The position numbers were made by a program, and so were the translations under genes. A model generated the notes under the pieces. That model was given only the letters and a program-made list of their open reading frames with translations. It was not told the origin of the DNA and did not search any database. From NCBI GenBank assembly GCA_963744995.1, contig CAVUWA010000002.1, positions 512,001 to 576,000 of the forward strand: a stretch of 64,000 nt of DNA, in the 5' to 3' direction. The stretch comes from Candidatus Eiseniibacteriota bacterium (lineage in GTDB: Bacteria > Eisenbacteria > RBG-16-71-46). Positions 31,233-41,291 of this stretch are shown here, one piece after another (the first letter of the stretch is position 1; each line of letters opens with the position of its first letter).

Positions 31233-32334
31233 GGAGGAGTTGAGAACGTATCTCACCCGCTCCCTCCCCCGGCTCCCTCGGCTTCACCATCACAGTCTTC
31301 TCCCGCTCGCACACCGCCAGCCCCGGCGGGGCCTTCTTGGGCTTCCTGACGTACTTCTTCTGCGTGTAGATCACAGGCACGGTGCCGGCGCTCTTGGCCT
31401 GGGAAAAGTACGCCGCCCACGACGCCACCTCGGCGATCGTCGCCTTCGACGGCTCGTCCTTGCTCTTGCCGCGGCGCAGCACGACATGTGACCCGGCCGC
31501 CCCGTGCACGTGGAACCAGTAGTCCTCCGGCCTCGCCATCATGTGGGTCAGGTAATCATTTCCCTCGTTGTTCTTGCCGATCATCACGTCCCAGCCCTCG
31601 GCGGTCTTGAATCGCCGCGGCGCCAGGCGCTCGCTCGGGGCGCGGGACTCGCCGCGTGCGACGGCGGCCGCCACGGCGCGCGGTCCGGGCTTTCCGCCCG
31701 CGCCTTTCGAACGCGCACCACGTGACAGGTCGAACGCCAGGCGTGCAACCGTGTCCCGCACAGCACCGGGATCCGGCCCGTCACGCCTCGCGGGTACGCG
31801 CAGCTTGAACGGCAGCTTCGTGTTGGCCTGCTCCAGCGCTTCATCCAAATCCGGATCGCGCTCGCGTTCGACGACGGAATCGACCTCCTCCACGGGCACG
31901 CGCTCGTCCACGCGCGGCGCGCGCTCCTCATAGGCCGCAGCCCGTTCCAGCAGCGCATCCAGCTCGCGCAGCTCGGCTTCGGCCCCGGCGATACGCGGCG
32001 GCACTTCTTCGAGCGCGCGCTCGGCCTTGGTCGCGCGTTTGAAGTACTTCTGCGCGTTCGCCTGCGGCTTGAGCTTCGGGTCCAGCGCAATCTCCAGATT
32101 CCGCTCGGGCAGCTCGGGGTCGGGGAGCGTCACCGACGCGGCGCGCTTCGGCACCTGCGCGAAGTAGGCGAGCAGCGTCTCGCCGAACTTGCGGAACTCG
32201 GGCGCGCGCTCGGCTTCGGCCAGATCGCCGCGCAGCGCCTCGAGGCGCCTGGCGAGGCGCTTCCGGTAGGTGCGCAGCGCCTTGAGAATCGCGGCGCGAC
32301 GGCGGGCGACGGGATCAACGGGGTCGGGGCTCAC
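31210..32334 (-). CDS. Short NFACT (RqcH/FbpA-like) protein with NFACT-R domain
   Basis: IALDP...NAQKYFKR, IGKNNEGND.L, WFHV.GAAGSHV, AAYFS, KYVRKP. Confidence 0.85.
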   Translation of the reverse strand: MSPDPVDPVARRRAAILKALRTYRKRLARRLEALRGDLAEAERAPEFRKFGETLLAYFAQVPKRAASVTLPDPELPERNLEIALDPKLKPQANAQKYFKRATKAERALEEVPPRIAGAEAELRELDALLERAAAYEERAPRVDERVPVEEVDSVVERERDPDLDEALEQANTKLPFKLRVPARRDGPDPGAVRDTVARLAFDLSRGARSKGAGGKPGPRAVAAAVARGESRAPSERLAPRRFKTAEGWDVMIGKNNEGNDYLTHMMARPEDYWFHVHGAAGSHVVLRRGKSKDEPSKATIAEVASWAAYFSQAKSAGTVPVIYTQKKYVRKPKKAPPGLAVCEREKTVMVKPREPGEGAGEIRSQLLPIASPRR

Positions 32335-32349
32335 GCAGCGGAAAATAAC

Positions 32350-32371
32350 TTACCGTCCCCGGGGACGGTAA
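32350..32371. repeat. 22-bp perfect palindrome, REP-like variant
   Basis: TTACCGTCCCCGGGGACGGTAA. Confidence 0.7.
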
Positions 32372-32461
32372 ATTTGTTGTCGCTCGTGACGCCGGCGTTC
32401 ACACCCGCACCGTCCCCGGCGGTGCGGCATTCGGGCGTTCGACGTTTGGCGTCGTGCGGCG

Positions 32462-34051
32462 CTAGCTGCCTGAGGCACGTCCCTCGGCCGTATCGTCGTG
32501 CAGGAGCGCATGCCAGATTCTCCGTTGCGCCGCGGTCTGGTGTTCGAGAGGTTCGATATGGAACTGCGCCTCGCCGGCAGGTGAATGGGTGACGGCGAGG
32601 CTCAGCCCGGCGCGTTCCAGCAACGGTCCGTAGTCCACGTGATCGCGCCCGGTCACGTAGCGGTCGAAGAACGCCCCGGTGTCGTGGCCGGCCACGGAAT
32701 CGACGACCGCCCGCAGGTCGGCGTCGTCGTAACCCCGATAGCCGGGGCGGCGGCTCTGCGCGTAGAGGCGCCTGAGCACGTCCACGAGTCCCCGCTCGCC
32801 CCCGGTGTCGAGGCGCAACGTCATGTCGAGAAGGAAACCGACGGCTTCGCCGCCGCCGTAGTAGTCCATCGCATCGGGCGGGAAGGTCCACGTCGACACG
32901 CTGGACTCTGCGAGGCTCTGCCAGCCACGCCCGGGATCGTTTTCGTAGGCCGAGATCACGCGCGACATGGCAGCGAAGAACGTCGATTCGGGCAGAATCC
33001 CGGAGCGGATCATGGTCAGATCGGCGAAGTAGCTGGTCACGCCCTCGATGAACCACAGATGCGGCGAATAGTCGGGGCCGGCGAAGTCCCACCGGTCGAG
33101 CTCCTGCGGGTGGAATGCCTCACCGTTCCATGCGTGGAACATCTCGTGCGCGATCGTCCCCGCGGCGTTGACGGGCAGATCGAGCATCCACTGGCTGCCG
33201 ATGTTGAGCACCATGGCCCGCCCGTGTTCGAGGCCGCCGCCATAGTCGAGGTCGGGGCGCCAGTGGGCGAAGATCGTGTAATCGGAGAACGGCGTGGAGT
33301 CGTAGTACGAGGCGACGGTGCGGGCGATGGCGGCGACGTTGCGGTCGAACGCCGCGTGGTCGTACGGCGGGAGCGGTCGGTCGAACACGATGCGCACGGG
33401 CGCGTCGCCCGGCAGCGTGCGCTCGTCCATCTCGCCGCCGAACTGAACGGAGGCGTCGACGAGCGACTGGTACCCGTCCGCAACGAACGCGCCCGCGGCC
33501 GTGCCTGGCAGCGTGGTCACCAGCGTCCAGCCCGCCGGGAGCGTGTAGTGCACCTCGACCGAATCCGACATGTGGCGGTCCGCATAGAGGAACGCAGAGG
33601 CACCCTCCAGGAACCCGCCGTGTGCATCGAGGCTGTTGGTTCCGAGCCGAAGGACGTCGCGTTCGTTCGCGTGGATCCGGTATTGGACGACGGTCTCGGA
33701 ATCGAACGGGGTCCGGACCTCCCAGCTCTGGGCGCCGGTGCGCATGTAGTCGAGCGGAGCGCCGTCTTCGCGCGACGCGTGGAAGTGGTCGAGGTACCTG
33801 GCGTGCTGTTTGAAACCGACGTCCCCCGGCGTCGTGGCCGGGAGACGGAGCACGAGCCGATCGCGATCCGAGTGAATCCGCATCGTGATCTCGAAGAGGC
33901 GATCCTCGGGGCGATCGATGCGCACGTCGTAGCGGATGCGATCATGGGCCACGCGGGCGGGCGAAGGCGTGCAGCCGGCGAGCACGACGAGGGGAAAGAG
34001 CGCCAGCGTCGACCGCGGTGCGGCGGTCGGACTCCTGTGCGAAGGCATCAC
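32462..34051 (-). CDS. M61-family metallopeptidase, probable lipoprotein
   Basis: LAGC lipobox, GGLEH, AHEMFHAWN, LWFIEGVTSY. Confidence 0.85.
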   Translation of the reverse strand: MMPSHRSPTAAPRSTLALFPLVVLAGCTPSPARVAHDRIRYDVRIDRPEDRLFEITMRIHSDRDRLVLRLPATTPGDVGFKQHARYLDHFHASREDGAPLDYMRTGAQSWEVRTPFDSETVVQYRIHANERDVLRLGTNSLDAHGGFLEGASAFLYADRHMSDSVEVHYTLPAGWTLVTTLPGTAAGAFVADGYQSLVDASVQFGGEMDERTLPGDAPVRIVFDRPLPPYDHAAFDRNVAAIARTVASYYDSTPFSDYTIFAHWRPDLDYGGGLEHGRAMVLNIGSQWMLDLPVNAAGTIAHEMFHAWNGEAFHPQELDRWDFAGPDYSPHLWFIEGVTSYFADLTMIRSGILPESTFFAAMSRVISAYENDPGRGWQSLAESSVSTWTFPPDAMDYYGGGEAVGFLLDMTLRLDTGGERGLVDVLRRLYAQSRRPGYRGYDDADLRAVVDSVAGHDTGAFFDRYVTGRDHVDYGPLLERAGLSLAVTHSPAGEAQFHIEPLEHQTAAQRRIWHALLHDDTAEGRASGS

Positions 34052-34280
34052 GGAACCTCATGCGGGACTGGGCCGGTGGGGTTTGGCGAGCCGAGGCTCG
34101 CGCCATCCGGCGACCCGTCGCAAGGGCGACCTTTGTAGCGCTCCGGCAGGCCTGCCGGGATCGCCGGCGCGGCCGCGACGTCGTGAGACAGCGCGCGTGT
34201 CAGACGCGCGGCCGCCGGGCACCGCCCCGGAGCAGGTCGCGACCACGCCGTTGTCGTTTCGTTGCCGGCGTTGTCGGTCC

Positions 34281-34302
34281 AAATCCGTCCCGGGACGGAT
34301 CT
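34281..34302. repeat. 22-bp palindrome, REP-like copy 2
   Basis: AAATCCGTCCCGGGACGGATCT (1 mismatch to copy 1). Confidence 0.8.
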
Positions 34303-34377
34303 CGCGTCGCGGCGCTCCGGCGAAGCGACACGATCACGCCTGGTCGCGGGCGCCCATCCGACCCGCTGGCGCGGCTT

Positions 34378-34854
34378 CTACGCCCACACCCCCAGCGCCC
34401 GCCTCGCCGCCACGATCTCGCCGACGTGATACGCGTTGTGATCTGCGATCTGCAGCGCTTCCTTGGCGAGCGTCTGGCCGTCGCCCCACTCGAACGGCTC
34501 GAACAGGTCGCGCTTCGGATCCCTCACCAGCGCGCAGAACTCGTCGAGGTCCTTGTGAAACGCCTTGATGCTCGCCTTCCACGCGGCGTCGTCGGGCGGC
34601 ACGGGGTTCGACGGCCAGTAGTCGTCGGGCCACTTTTTCGCTTTGTAATTGGAGCTCTTCGAAAAATCGAGCATGTCCTCCTGCGCGATGCGCAGGTGCT
34701 CGATGATCTGCCACACGGAATGCGCCATGCCGCTCGCGCGCTGGCCGCGTGCGGCGGGCGGCAGACTCTCGATGGCACGGTCGAAGCCGACGTGCGCGGA
34801 TTCCCACTGGAGCACGGCGACGAGCTGCTCCCGGAATAGCTGGCTCTGGTCCAA
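34378..34854 (-). CDS. DinB family protein
   Basis: HSVWQIIEHLRIAQ, HNAYHVGEI. Confidence 0.88.
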   Translation of the reverse strand: MDQSQLFREQLVAVLQWESAHVGFDRAIESLPPAARGQRASGMAHSVWQIIEHLRIAQEDMLDFSKSSNYKAKKWPDDYWPSNPVPPDDAAWKASIKAFHKDLDEFCALVRDPKRDLFEPFEWGDGQTLAKEALQIADHNAYHVGEIVAARRALGVWA

Positions 34855-35098
34855 GACAGGTCTTCCCCCCGGCCGGGCAGAATCCGGCCGCGTCTGAGTT
34901 TGGCCCGGGCGCGGGGCGGCCCGGGACGGCGAATCGGCAGATGCCGCTTACGATGCGCCCATCGGGCCGGCGGCGCACGCGGGAGTCGCGACGCGGCGGG
35001 CGAGGGGCCGGCGCGGCGCCGCGACACCTGCTTCATGGCCCCGAAGGTACCCCGAATTTCGGCGATTCGTCCGCGCGGCTTCGGTGTACCATCCCGGC

Positions 35099-36463
35099 AT
35101 GACCCAGATCGATCCGAACACCTCGCCCTATCTGGCTGCTGCCTACGCCAACGACCGCAAGCACGTCTTCCACTCCTGGTCCGCCCAGGGGGCCCTCGAT
35201 CCGGTGGTGATCGCCGGGGCGAAGGGCTCGCGCATGTGGGACGACAAGGGGAACACGTGGCTCGACTTCTCGAGCCAGCTCGTCAACGTCAACATCGGGC
35301 ATCAGCACCCGAAGCTGGTCGCCGCGATCCAGGAGCAGGCGGCGCGCCTGTGCACGATCGGCCCGGGCTTCGCGAACGACATGCGCAGCGAAGCGGCGCG
35401 GTTGATCGCCGAGCTCGCGCCCGGCGACCTCGACAAGGTGTTCTTCACCAACGGCGGCACCGACGCGGTCGAGAACGCGGTGCGCCTCGCGCGCGGCCAC
35501 ACGGGGCGGCACAAGGTGCTGTCCATGTACCGCAGCTACCACGGCGCGACCGGCACCTCGATCCAGCTGACCGGCGACCCGCGGCGCTGGGCCAACGAGC
35601 CGGGGCCCGCAAACATCGTGAAGTTCTGGGGGCCGTACCTCTATCGCTCGGCGTTTCACGCGACGAACGAGAAGGAAGAGTGCGAGCGTGCCCTCGAGCA
35701 CCTCTCGAACGTGCTCATGGTCGAAGGGCCCCATACGGTTGCGGCCATTCTCATGGAAACCGTGGTCGGCACCAACGGCATCCTGGTGCCGCCGGACGGG
35801 TACCTGAAGGGCGTGCGCGAGCTGTGCGACCGGCACGGCATCGTGATGATCTGCGACGAGGTGATGGCCGGCTTCGGCCGCTGCGGCGAATGGTTCGCGG
35901 TCAACCACTGGAACGTGACGCCGGACCTCATCACGTTCGCCAAGGGCTCGAACTCGGGCTACGTGCCGGTGGGCGGCGTGGTGATCAAGCGCGCGATCGC
36001 CGACACGTTCACAGACCGCGTGTTCCCGGGCGGGCTCACCTACTCCGGGCATCCGCTCGGCACCGCGTCGATCGTCGCCAGCATCGGGATCTTCAAGGAA
36101 GAGAAGATCATCGAGAACGCGCGGCGCCTCGGCACGGACGTCATCGGCCCCGAACTTCGCAAGATCGCCGCGAAACACCCGAGCGTCGGCGAAGTGCGCG
36201 GGCTCGGCGTGTTCTGGGCGATCGAGCTGGTGAAGGACCGCAAGTCCAAAGAGCCGCTGGTGCCGTTCAACGCATCGGGCGCGGCGGCGAAGCCGATGCT
36301 CGAAGTGATGGCCGCGTGCAAGCAGAACGGCGTCTGGCCGTTCGCGCACTTCAACCGGCTTCAGGTCACGCCGCCCTGCACCACGAGCGACGCAGACATC
36401 CGCGAAGGCCTCGCGGGGATCGACAAGGCGCTCGAGGCGGCGGACAGGCACGCCGCGGGCTGA
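35099..36463 (+). CDS. Class III PLP-dependent aminotransferase (omega-amino acid type)
   Basis: SYHG, ICDEVMAGFGRCG, PDLITFAKG, GLTYSGHP. Confidence 0.92.
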   Translation: MTQIDPNTSPYLAAAYANDRKHVFHSWSAQGALDPVVIAGAKGSRMWDDKGNTWLDFSSQLVNVNIGHQHPKLVAAIQEQAARLCTIGPGFANDMRSEAARLIAELAPGDLDKVFFTNGGTDAVENAVRLARGHTGRHKVLSMYRSYHGATGTSIQLTGDPRRWANEPGPANIVKFWGPYLYRSAFHATNEKEECERALEHLSNVLMVEGPHTVAAILMETVVGTNGILVPPDGYLKGVRELCDRHGIVMICDEVMAGFGRCGEWFAVNHWNVTPDLITFAKGSNSGYVPVGGVVIKRAIADTFTDRVFPGGLTYSGHPLGTASIVASIGIFKEEKIIENARRLGTDVIGPELRKIAAKHPSVGEVRGLGVFWAIELVKDRKSKEPLVPFNASGAAAKPMLEVMAACKQNGVWPFAHFNRLQVTPPCTTSDADIREGLAGIDKALEAADRHAAG

Positions 36464-36471
36464 CGCGCGTC

Positions 36472-36867
36472 ATGGCGCTGCACTGCCAGATCTGCGGGAC
36501 GGCCGTCCCTCTCGACGAGCCGATCCCGCGCGACTCGACCTGCGAGAGCTGCGGCACGGACCTGCGCTCGTGCGTGCAGTGCCGCCACTACGACACCACC
36601 CGCAACAATCAGTGCACCGAGACCGAGGCCGATCCGGTCGTCGACAAGACGCGGCGGAATTTCTGCGAGTTCTTCTATTTCTCGCGGGCCGCAGGCGGCG
36701 CACGCAGGGCCGACAGCGGCCGTGCCGACGAAGCGCGCGCGAAGCTGGACGCGCTGTTCGGCGGCTCCGGCAAGCCGGGCGCCTCGGGCGGCGCCCCGCA
36801 CCAGGGCGCCGACCGCGCAGCCGACGCACGCCGCAAGCTCGACGATCTGTTCAGGAAGAAGCCCTGA
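36472..36867 (+). CDS. Cys-rich hypothetical protein
   Basis: CQIC, CESC.DLRSCVQC, QC.E, NFCEFF; repeated ARxKLDxLF tail. Confidence 0.8.
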   Translation: MALHCQICGTAVPLDEPIPRDSTCESCGTDLRSCVQCRHYDTTRNNQCTETEADPVVDKTRRNFCEFFYFSRAAGGARRADSGRADEARAKLDALFGGSGKPGASGGAPHQGADRAADARRKLDDLFRKKP

Positions 36868-36970
36868 GACGTATGGAGTCCAGCGGGCGGGCCTGACGGC
36901 GCCGCCGCGCTCGCGCCTCCGGGCCCGCCGGGGGCGCCGATCCCACGCCCCTCAGATCCGGAGCCGCCAC

Positions 36971-37471
36971 ATGATCATGGTCAGGGTGAAGCTCGAGAAG
37001 ATGGACGCCCACTGGACGAAGGCCTGCCAGCACGCGGTCACCGATCTCAACCTGCAGTTCAACCGGAAGGGCGTGCACGTGAAGCTCGCGCTGAAGGGGG
37101 CGGGCCCGGTGATCAGCGTGCGCACCGATCCGAGCATCTCGGGCCTCATGGTGCACGGCAAGACGCACGCCGAGTTCGCGACGTCGGGCAGGCTGCAGAA
37201 GGCCGAGACGCGCCTGCCGGACAAGGTGCAGATCAACACGCCGGGCGGCCTGCGCACCGCGGGCCCGGGCGTTCTCGAGGTGATCGCGGCCCACGAATAC
37301 GTGCACGCGCTCGGCCAGGAGCACCACAGCTCGCTCCTCATGACGCGCACGTTCAACAAGGTCCCGGGCAACTCCGCCGCCGGCGACAAGCTGCAGGCCG
37401 GCTCCGCGATGCTGCCGCCGCTGGCGCTCGCCGATGACACGGTGGAACTTCTGAAGGGCATCTGGGGCTAG
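36971..37471 (+). CDS. Small metzincin-like metalloprotease
   Basis: AHEYVHALGQEH (HExxHxxGxxH) followed by SLLM, a possible Met-turn. Confidence 0.65.
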   Translation: MIMVRVKLEKMDAHWTKACQHAVTDLNLQFNRKGVHVKLALKGAGPVISVRTDPSISGLMVHGKTHAEFATSGRLQKAETRLPDKVQINTPGGLRTAGPGVLEVIAAHEYVHALGQEHHSSLLMTRTFNKVPGNSAAGDKLQAGSAMLPPLALADDTVELLKGIWG

Positions 37472-37799
37472 GACAGGGCTCCTGCCACGTGACCCGGGAC
37501 GCCAGGCCTCGCGCGAGGCGGCCTCGAGGTGTCTGCGCAGACACCTGTGTCGGCCGCGCACGCCCCGGCCCGGCAAGTTGCTCCGGCGATCTTCACGGGC
37601 GCCCGTGGGGAACCGGTGAAGACTCCGTGATACGCCGCGCCGATCGGCCGGCCCCGCAGCGCCCGCCCCGTGCGCAGCGGGAACGCAGCAAAGGCCTCCG
37701 GCTCTTTGACGCCGTCCCCGCCTCTGACCTAATTTCGCCCCCCCTGAACGACCTGCCGGGCCCGTTCGGGCCCCACCACGCAGTCGGAGGTCCCGCCAG

Positions 37800-38678
37800 A
37801 TGATCCGAAGCATGACCGGGTACGGCTCGGGCGAGCTGGAGCGCGACGGCCAGCGCCTGACCGCCGAGATCCGCTCGGTGAACCATCGCTACTGCGAAGT
37901 CTCCGTCCGCGCGCCGCGGCTGGTGAGCATGTTCGAAGACCAGATCCGCCAGCTGGTGCAGAACCGCTTCTCGCGCGGCAAGATCTCGCTCTCGATCACG
38001 TGGGCGGGCGCGGGTGAAGGGGGCGAGGTTCTCAAGCTCAACGAGGCGGCGGCCGACCGCTACATGGCGCTGCTCGACCAGCTCCGCAAGCGTTACGACC
38101 TCGAGGCCCACGTGGACGTGAAGACGCTCGCCGCGCTCCCGGACATCTTCACCTGGGAGCACACGGCGATGTCCGACGACGAGACCTGGGCGATCGTGAA
38201 GCACGTCGTCGGGGCCGCCTGCGACAGCATGGAAGCCATGAAGTCCCGCGAGGGGAAGGCGCTCGAGCAGGACCTGCTGCATCGCCTGGACCTGATCGGC
38301 AAGCAGCTGGCGCTGGTCGCCGACCGGGCGCCGGACCGCCCCAAGGCAGGCAAGGAGAAGCTCGAGGCGCGGCTGCAGCAGCTGCTCGGCGACGTCGAGC
38401 TCGATCCCGTGCGGCTCGCGCAGGAAGTGGCGATGATGGCCGACCGGCTGGACTGCACCGAGGAATGCGTGCGGCTGCGCGCGCACCTCGACCAGTTCCG
38501 CCAGCTCAGCGCGGGGCCCGAGCTCGCGGGGCGCAAGCTCAACTTCCTGCTCCAGGAAATGAATCGCGAGGCGAACACGATCGGCTCCAAGTCCAACGAC
38601 GTGGACATCACCCGCGCGGTGATCGTCATGAAGGAAGAGATCGAGCGCCTGCGCGAGCAGGTGCAGAACGTGGAGTAG
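37800..38678 (+). CDS. yicC: YicC/YloC family endoribonuclease
   Basis: MIRSMTGYG, RSVNHRY, QEMNREANTIGSK, REQVQNVE. Confidence 0.95.
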   Translation: MIRSMTGYGSGELERDGQRLTAEIRSVNHRYCEVSVRAPRLVSMFEDQIRQLVQNRFSRGKISLSITWAGAGEGGEVLKLNEAAADRYMALLDQLRKRYDLEAHVDVKTLAALPDIFTWEHTAMSDDETWAIVKHVVGAACDSMEAMKSREGKALEQDLLHRLDLIGKQLALVADRAPDRPKAGKEKLEARLQQLLGDVELDPVRLAQEVAMMADRLDCTEECVRLRAHLDQFRQLSAGPELAGRKLNFLLQEMNREANTIGSKSNDVDITRAVIVMKEEIERLREQVQNVE

Positions 38679-38792
38679 CAGCCGGGTCGCGTCGCGGCCG
38701 TGGGGGACATCGATGTGGCGAAGATTGCCGATGAGGTGCGGGGACCGTCCGGGCGCGCAGCGCCGGCGGCGCACGATACCGGGGGAGCGGCC

Positions 38793-39410
38793 GTGAGTGA
38801 CGTGCCGGACATCCCGTTCAAGTTCATCACGGGCGGCTTCCTGCTCGTGATCTCGGGCCCCTCGGGGGCGGGCAAGGGCACGCTGGTGGATCAGCTGGTG
38901 GCGCAGCGCCCCGAGTGCGTCTTTTCGATCTCCTCGACGACGCGGCCCAGGCGGGCCGGTGAAAAGGACGGGGTCCAGTACGAGTTCGTGACGCAGGAAG
39001 AGTTCGCGCGGCGCCGCGCGGCCGGGCATTTTCTCGAGTGGGCCGAAGTGCACGGCCACCTCTACGGCACGCCGGCGAAGTTCGTGGACGAACAGGTCAA
39101 GGCCGGTCGGATCGTGGTGCTCGACGTGGACGTGCAGGGCGGCGCGAGCGTGCGCAAGACGCGTCCCGCGGCGGTGTCGGTGTTCATCTACCCGCCGTCC
39201 ATGGAGGCGCTGCGCCAGCGCCTCGAGAAGCGCGACACCGATGCGGATGAGGTCGTCGCGCGCCGCCTGCGCAACGCGCCCGGCGAGCTCAGGCAGTACC
39301 GGGACTATCAGTATCTGGTCGTGAACGACCGGCTCGAGGCGGCGGTCGCGCGGCTGCTGGCGATCGTGGATGCCGAGCGTGCCCGCGTGGCGCGGCTCTC
39401 GGCTTCCTGA
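38793..39410 (+). CDS. gmk: Guanylate kinase
   Basis: SGPSGAGKGT, TTRPRR.GE.DG..Y.F, YGT, DVQG. Confidence 0.95.
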   Translation: MSDVPDIPFKFITGGFLLVISGPSGAGKGTLVDQLVAQRPECVFSISSTTRPRRAGEKDGVQYEFVTQEEFARRRAAGHFLEWAEVHGHLYGTPAKFVDEQVKAGRIVVLDVDVQGGASVRKTRPAAVSVFIYPPSMEALRQRLEKRDTDADEVVARRLRNAPGELRQYRDYQYLVVNDRLEAAVARLLAIVDAERARVARLSAS

Positions 39411-39543
39411 CCGGGTTGCGGAGCGGGCCGCATTCGGGTGATTCTGGACGGGTTCCGCGGCGGCCTCCCGTGAGAGGAGCGGGCCGGGGCACCCCTACGA
39501 GGTCCGGGCGCATCAGCGTCCGGAAGGACATCTGGAGGAAGAC

Positions 39544-39750
39544 GTGACGAAACTTGCTTCTCTCGTGCCCCCGCAGGGGACCAATAAGTACGAGCTGGCG
39601 ATCATCGCCGCCCGCGAGGCGCGGCGCCTCAACGACTGGTCACGCCGCACGGGCGAGACGGTGAACGGCAAGGTCACCGCGCTTGCGCTCGAGCGCACGA
39701 TCCAGGCCGACGTGCCGTTCTTCTACGAGGATCTGCAGCCGGACGCGTAG
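39544..39750 (+). CDS. rpoZ: RNA polymerase omega subunit
   Basis: NKYELAIIAAREARRL, ALE; gmk-rpoZ-coaBC synteny. Confidence 0.85.
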   Translation: MTKLASLVPPQGTNKYELAIIAAREARRLNDWSRRTGETVNGKVTALALERTIQADVPFFYEDLQPDA

Positions 39751-39890
39751 CGCCGTCCCGCGCGCGCGCCGCGCGCGATGCGAATCCCGGGGAACCGCGG
39801 CTGCGTATGAACGGTACCCATGCTCGCGGGCCGTGCCGGGCGCGGTCCGGCCTCCCGTGTCTTTGGAAACCAGCCTCGGAGGGCTCCACC

Positions 39891-41291
39891 ATGCTGCGCG
39901 GTCGCACGATCGTCGTGGGTGTCTCCGGCGGGATCGCGGCCTACAAGGCGTGCGAGCTCGTACGGATGCTCCAGACGCGCGGCGCCACCGTGGTCGTGGT
40001 GATGACGCGCGCGGCCGCGGAGTTCGTCACCCCGCTCACCTTCCAGGCCCTGACCGGCAATCCGGTGATCACGTCGCTGTGGGGCGATCAGGCCCCCGAC
40101 CTCGATCTGCCCGAGGCCGCGGCACGCCGCACCAGCGGGCGCGTCGAGCACGTGGACGTGGCCGAGGCCGCCGACGCGCTGGTGCTGGCCCCCGCGACCG
40201 CGGACCTCATGGCGCGCATCGTCCACGGCGAAGCCCCCGATGCGCTGACCTCGGTGGTGCTGGCCTGTCCCGCGCCGCTGCTGGTGTGTCCGGCGATGGA
40301 CCTCGAGATGTGGCTCAAACCCGCGACCGCGGCCAACGTCCGGGCGCTGCGTGCGCGCGGCGCGACGCTGGTCGGCCCGGTGGAAGGCCCGCTCGCTTCC
40401 GGACTCAGCGGTCCGGGGCGGCTCGCCGACATCGCCGACATCGTCGCCGCGGTCGAGGCCGCGGTCGTGCGCCGCGCGAGCATGCGCGGCCTCAAGGTGC
40501 TGGTGTGCGCGGGACGCACCGAGGAGCCGATCGACCCGGTGCGCGTGATCACCAACCGCTCGAGCGGCCGCATGGGCGTGGCGCTCGCCGCGGCCGCACG
40601 CGCCCGCGGCGCCGAGGTGGCGCTGGTCGCCGGCGGCATGGGCGTGGACCCGCCGTACGGCATTCCGGTCACGCATGCGGCCACGGCCGAGGCCATGCAG
40701 CGCGCGATGGCGAAGCAGGCGGCGACGGCCGACGTGGTGCTGATGGCCGCGGCAGTGTCGGACTACCGCGTGCGCCGCGTGGCGCGCGAGAAGATCAAGC
40801 GCGCCGATGCGGACCTCACGCTCGAGCTCGCACCGAATCCGGACATCCTCAAGAGCCTGGGCGCCGCGCGGCGCAAGGGCCAGACGCTGGTCGGCTTCGC
40901 GCTCGAGACCTCGCAGGGTGTGGCCCGGGCGCGCGCGAAGCTGCACGGCAAGGGCGTGGATCTCGTCGTGCTCAACGGGCCGGCCGAAGGCATCGGCGGC
41001 GACACCAACCAGGTGACGCTGGTCGAGGCGCGCACGCAGAAGAAGCTGCCGCGCGCGAGCAAGCGCGAGGTCGCCGAGGCGATCCTCGACCGGGTGCTCG
41101 AGCTGCGCGGCGCCGCGCAGCGCGGCACGGGTCGCGGCGTGGCGGGCGCCGCGGCCGCGCGCGGCACGGGCGGCGCAGGTCGCGCAAAGACGCCGCGCCG
41201 CAGCGCGCCGAAGCAGAACGCATCGGCTACGCCCCGCACGGCGCGGCCGCGCGCGGCCCGGCCCGGGCGCCGGGGAGGGAAGCGCACATGA
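39891..41291 (+). CDS. coaBC: Phosphopantothenoylcysteine decarboxylase/ligase
   Basis: GGIAAYK, APATAD, PAM, EPIDPVR.ITNRSSGRMG, AAVSDY, GFALET. Confidence 0.95.
   Translation: MLRGRTIVVGVSGGIAAYKACELVRMLQTRGATVVVVMTRAAAEFVTPLTFQALTGNPVITSLWGDQAPDLDLPEAAARRTSGRVEHVDVAEAADALVLAPATADLMARIVHGEAPDALTSVVLACPAPLLVCPAMDLEMWLKPATAANVRALRARGATLVGPVEGPLASGLSGPGRLADIADIVAAVEAAVVRRASMRGLKVLVCAGRTEEPIDPVRVITNRSSGRMGVALAAAARARGAEVALVAGGMGVDPPYGIPVTHAATAEAMQRAMAKQAATADVVLMAAAVSDYRVRRVAREKIKRADADLTLELAPNPDILKSLGAARRKGQTLVGFALETSQGVARARAKLHGKGVDLVVLNGPAEGIGGDTNQVTLVEARTQKKLPRASKREVAEAILDRVLELRGAAQRGTGRGVAGAAAARGTGGAGRAKTPRRSAPKQNASATPRTARPRAARPGRRGGKRT

Larger units (their letters stand above)
28075..31240 (+). 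mobile_element. Horizontally acquired restriction-modification cassette (no integrase seen)
   Basis: Visible drop in GC and loss of host codon bias between the convergent selB and NFACT 3' ends. Confidence 0.7.

Noticed and set aside
28075..31240. Integrase- or transposase-mediated island
   Set aside because: No recombinase gene, terminal repeats or flanking att duplication; both selB copies lie on the same side.
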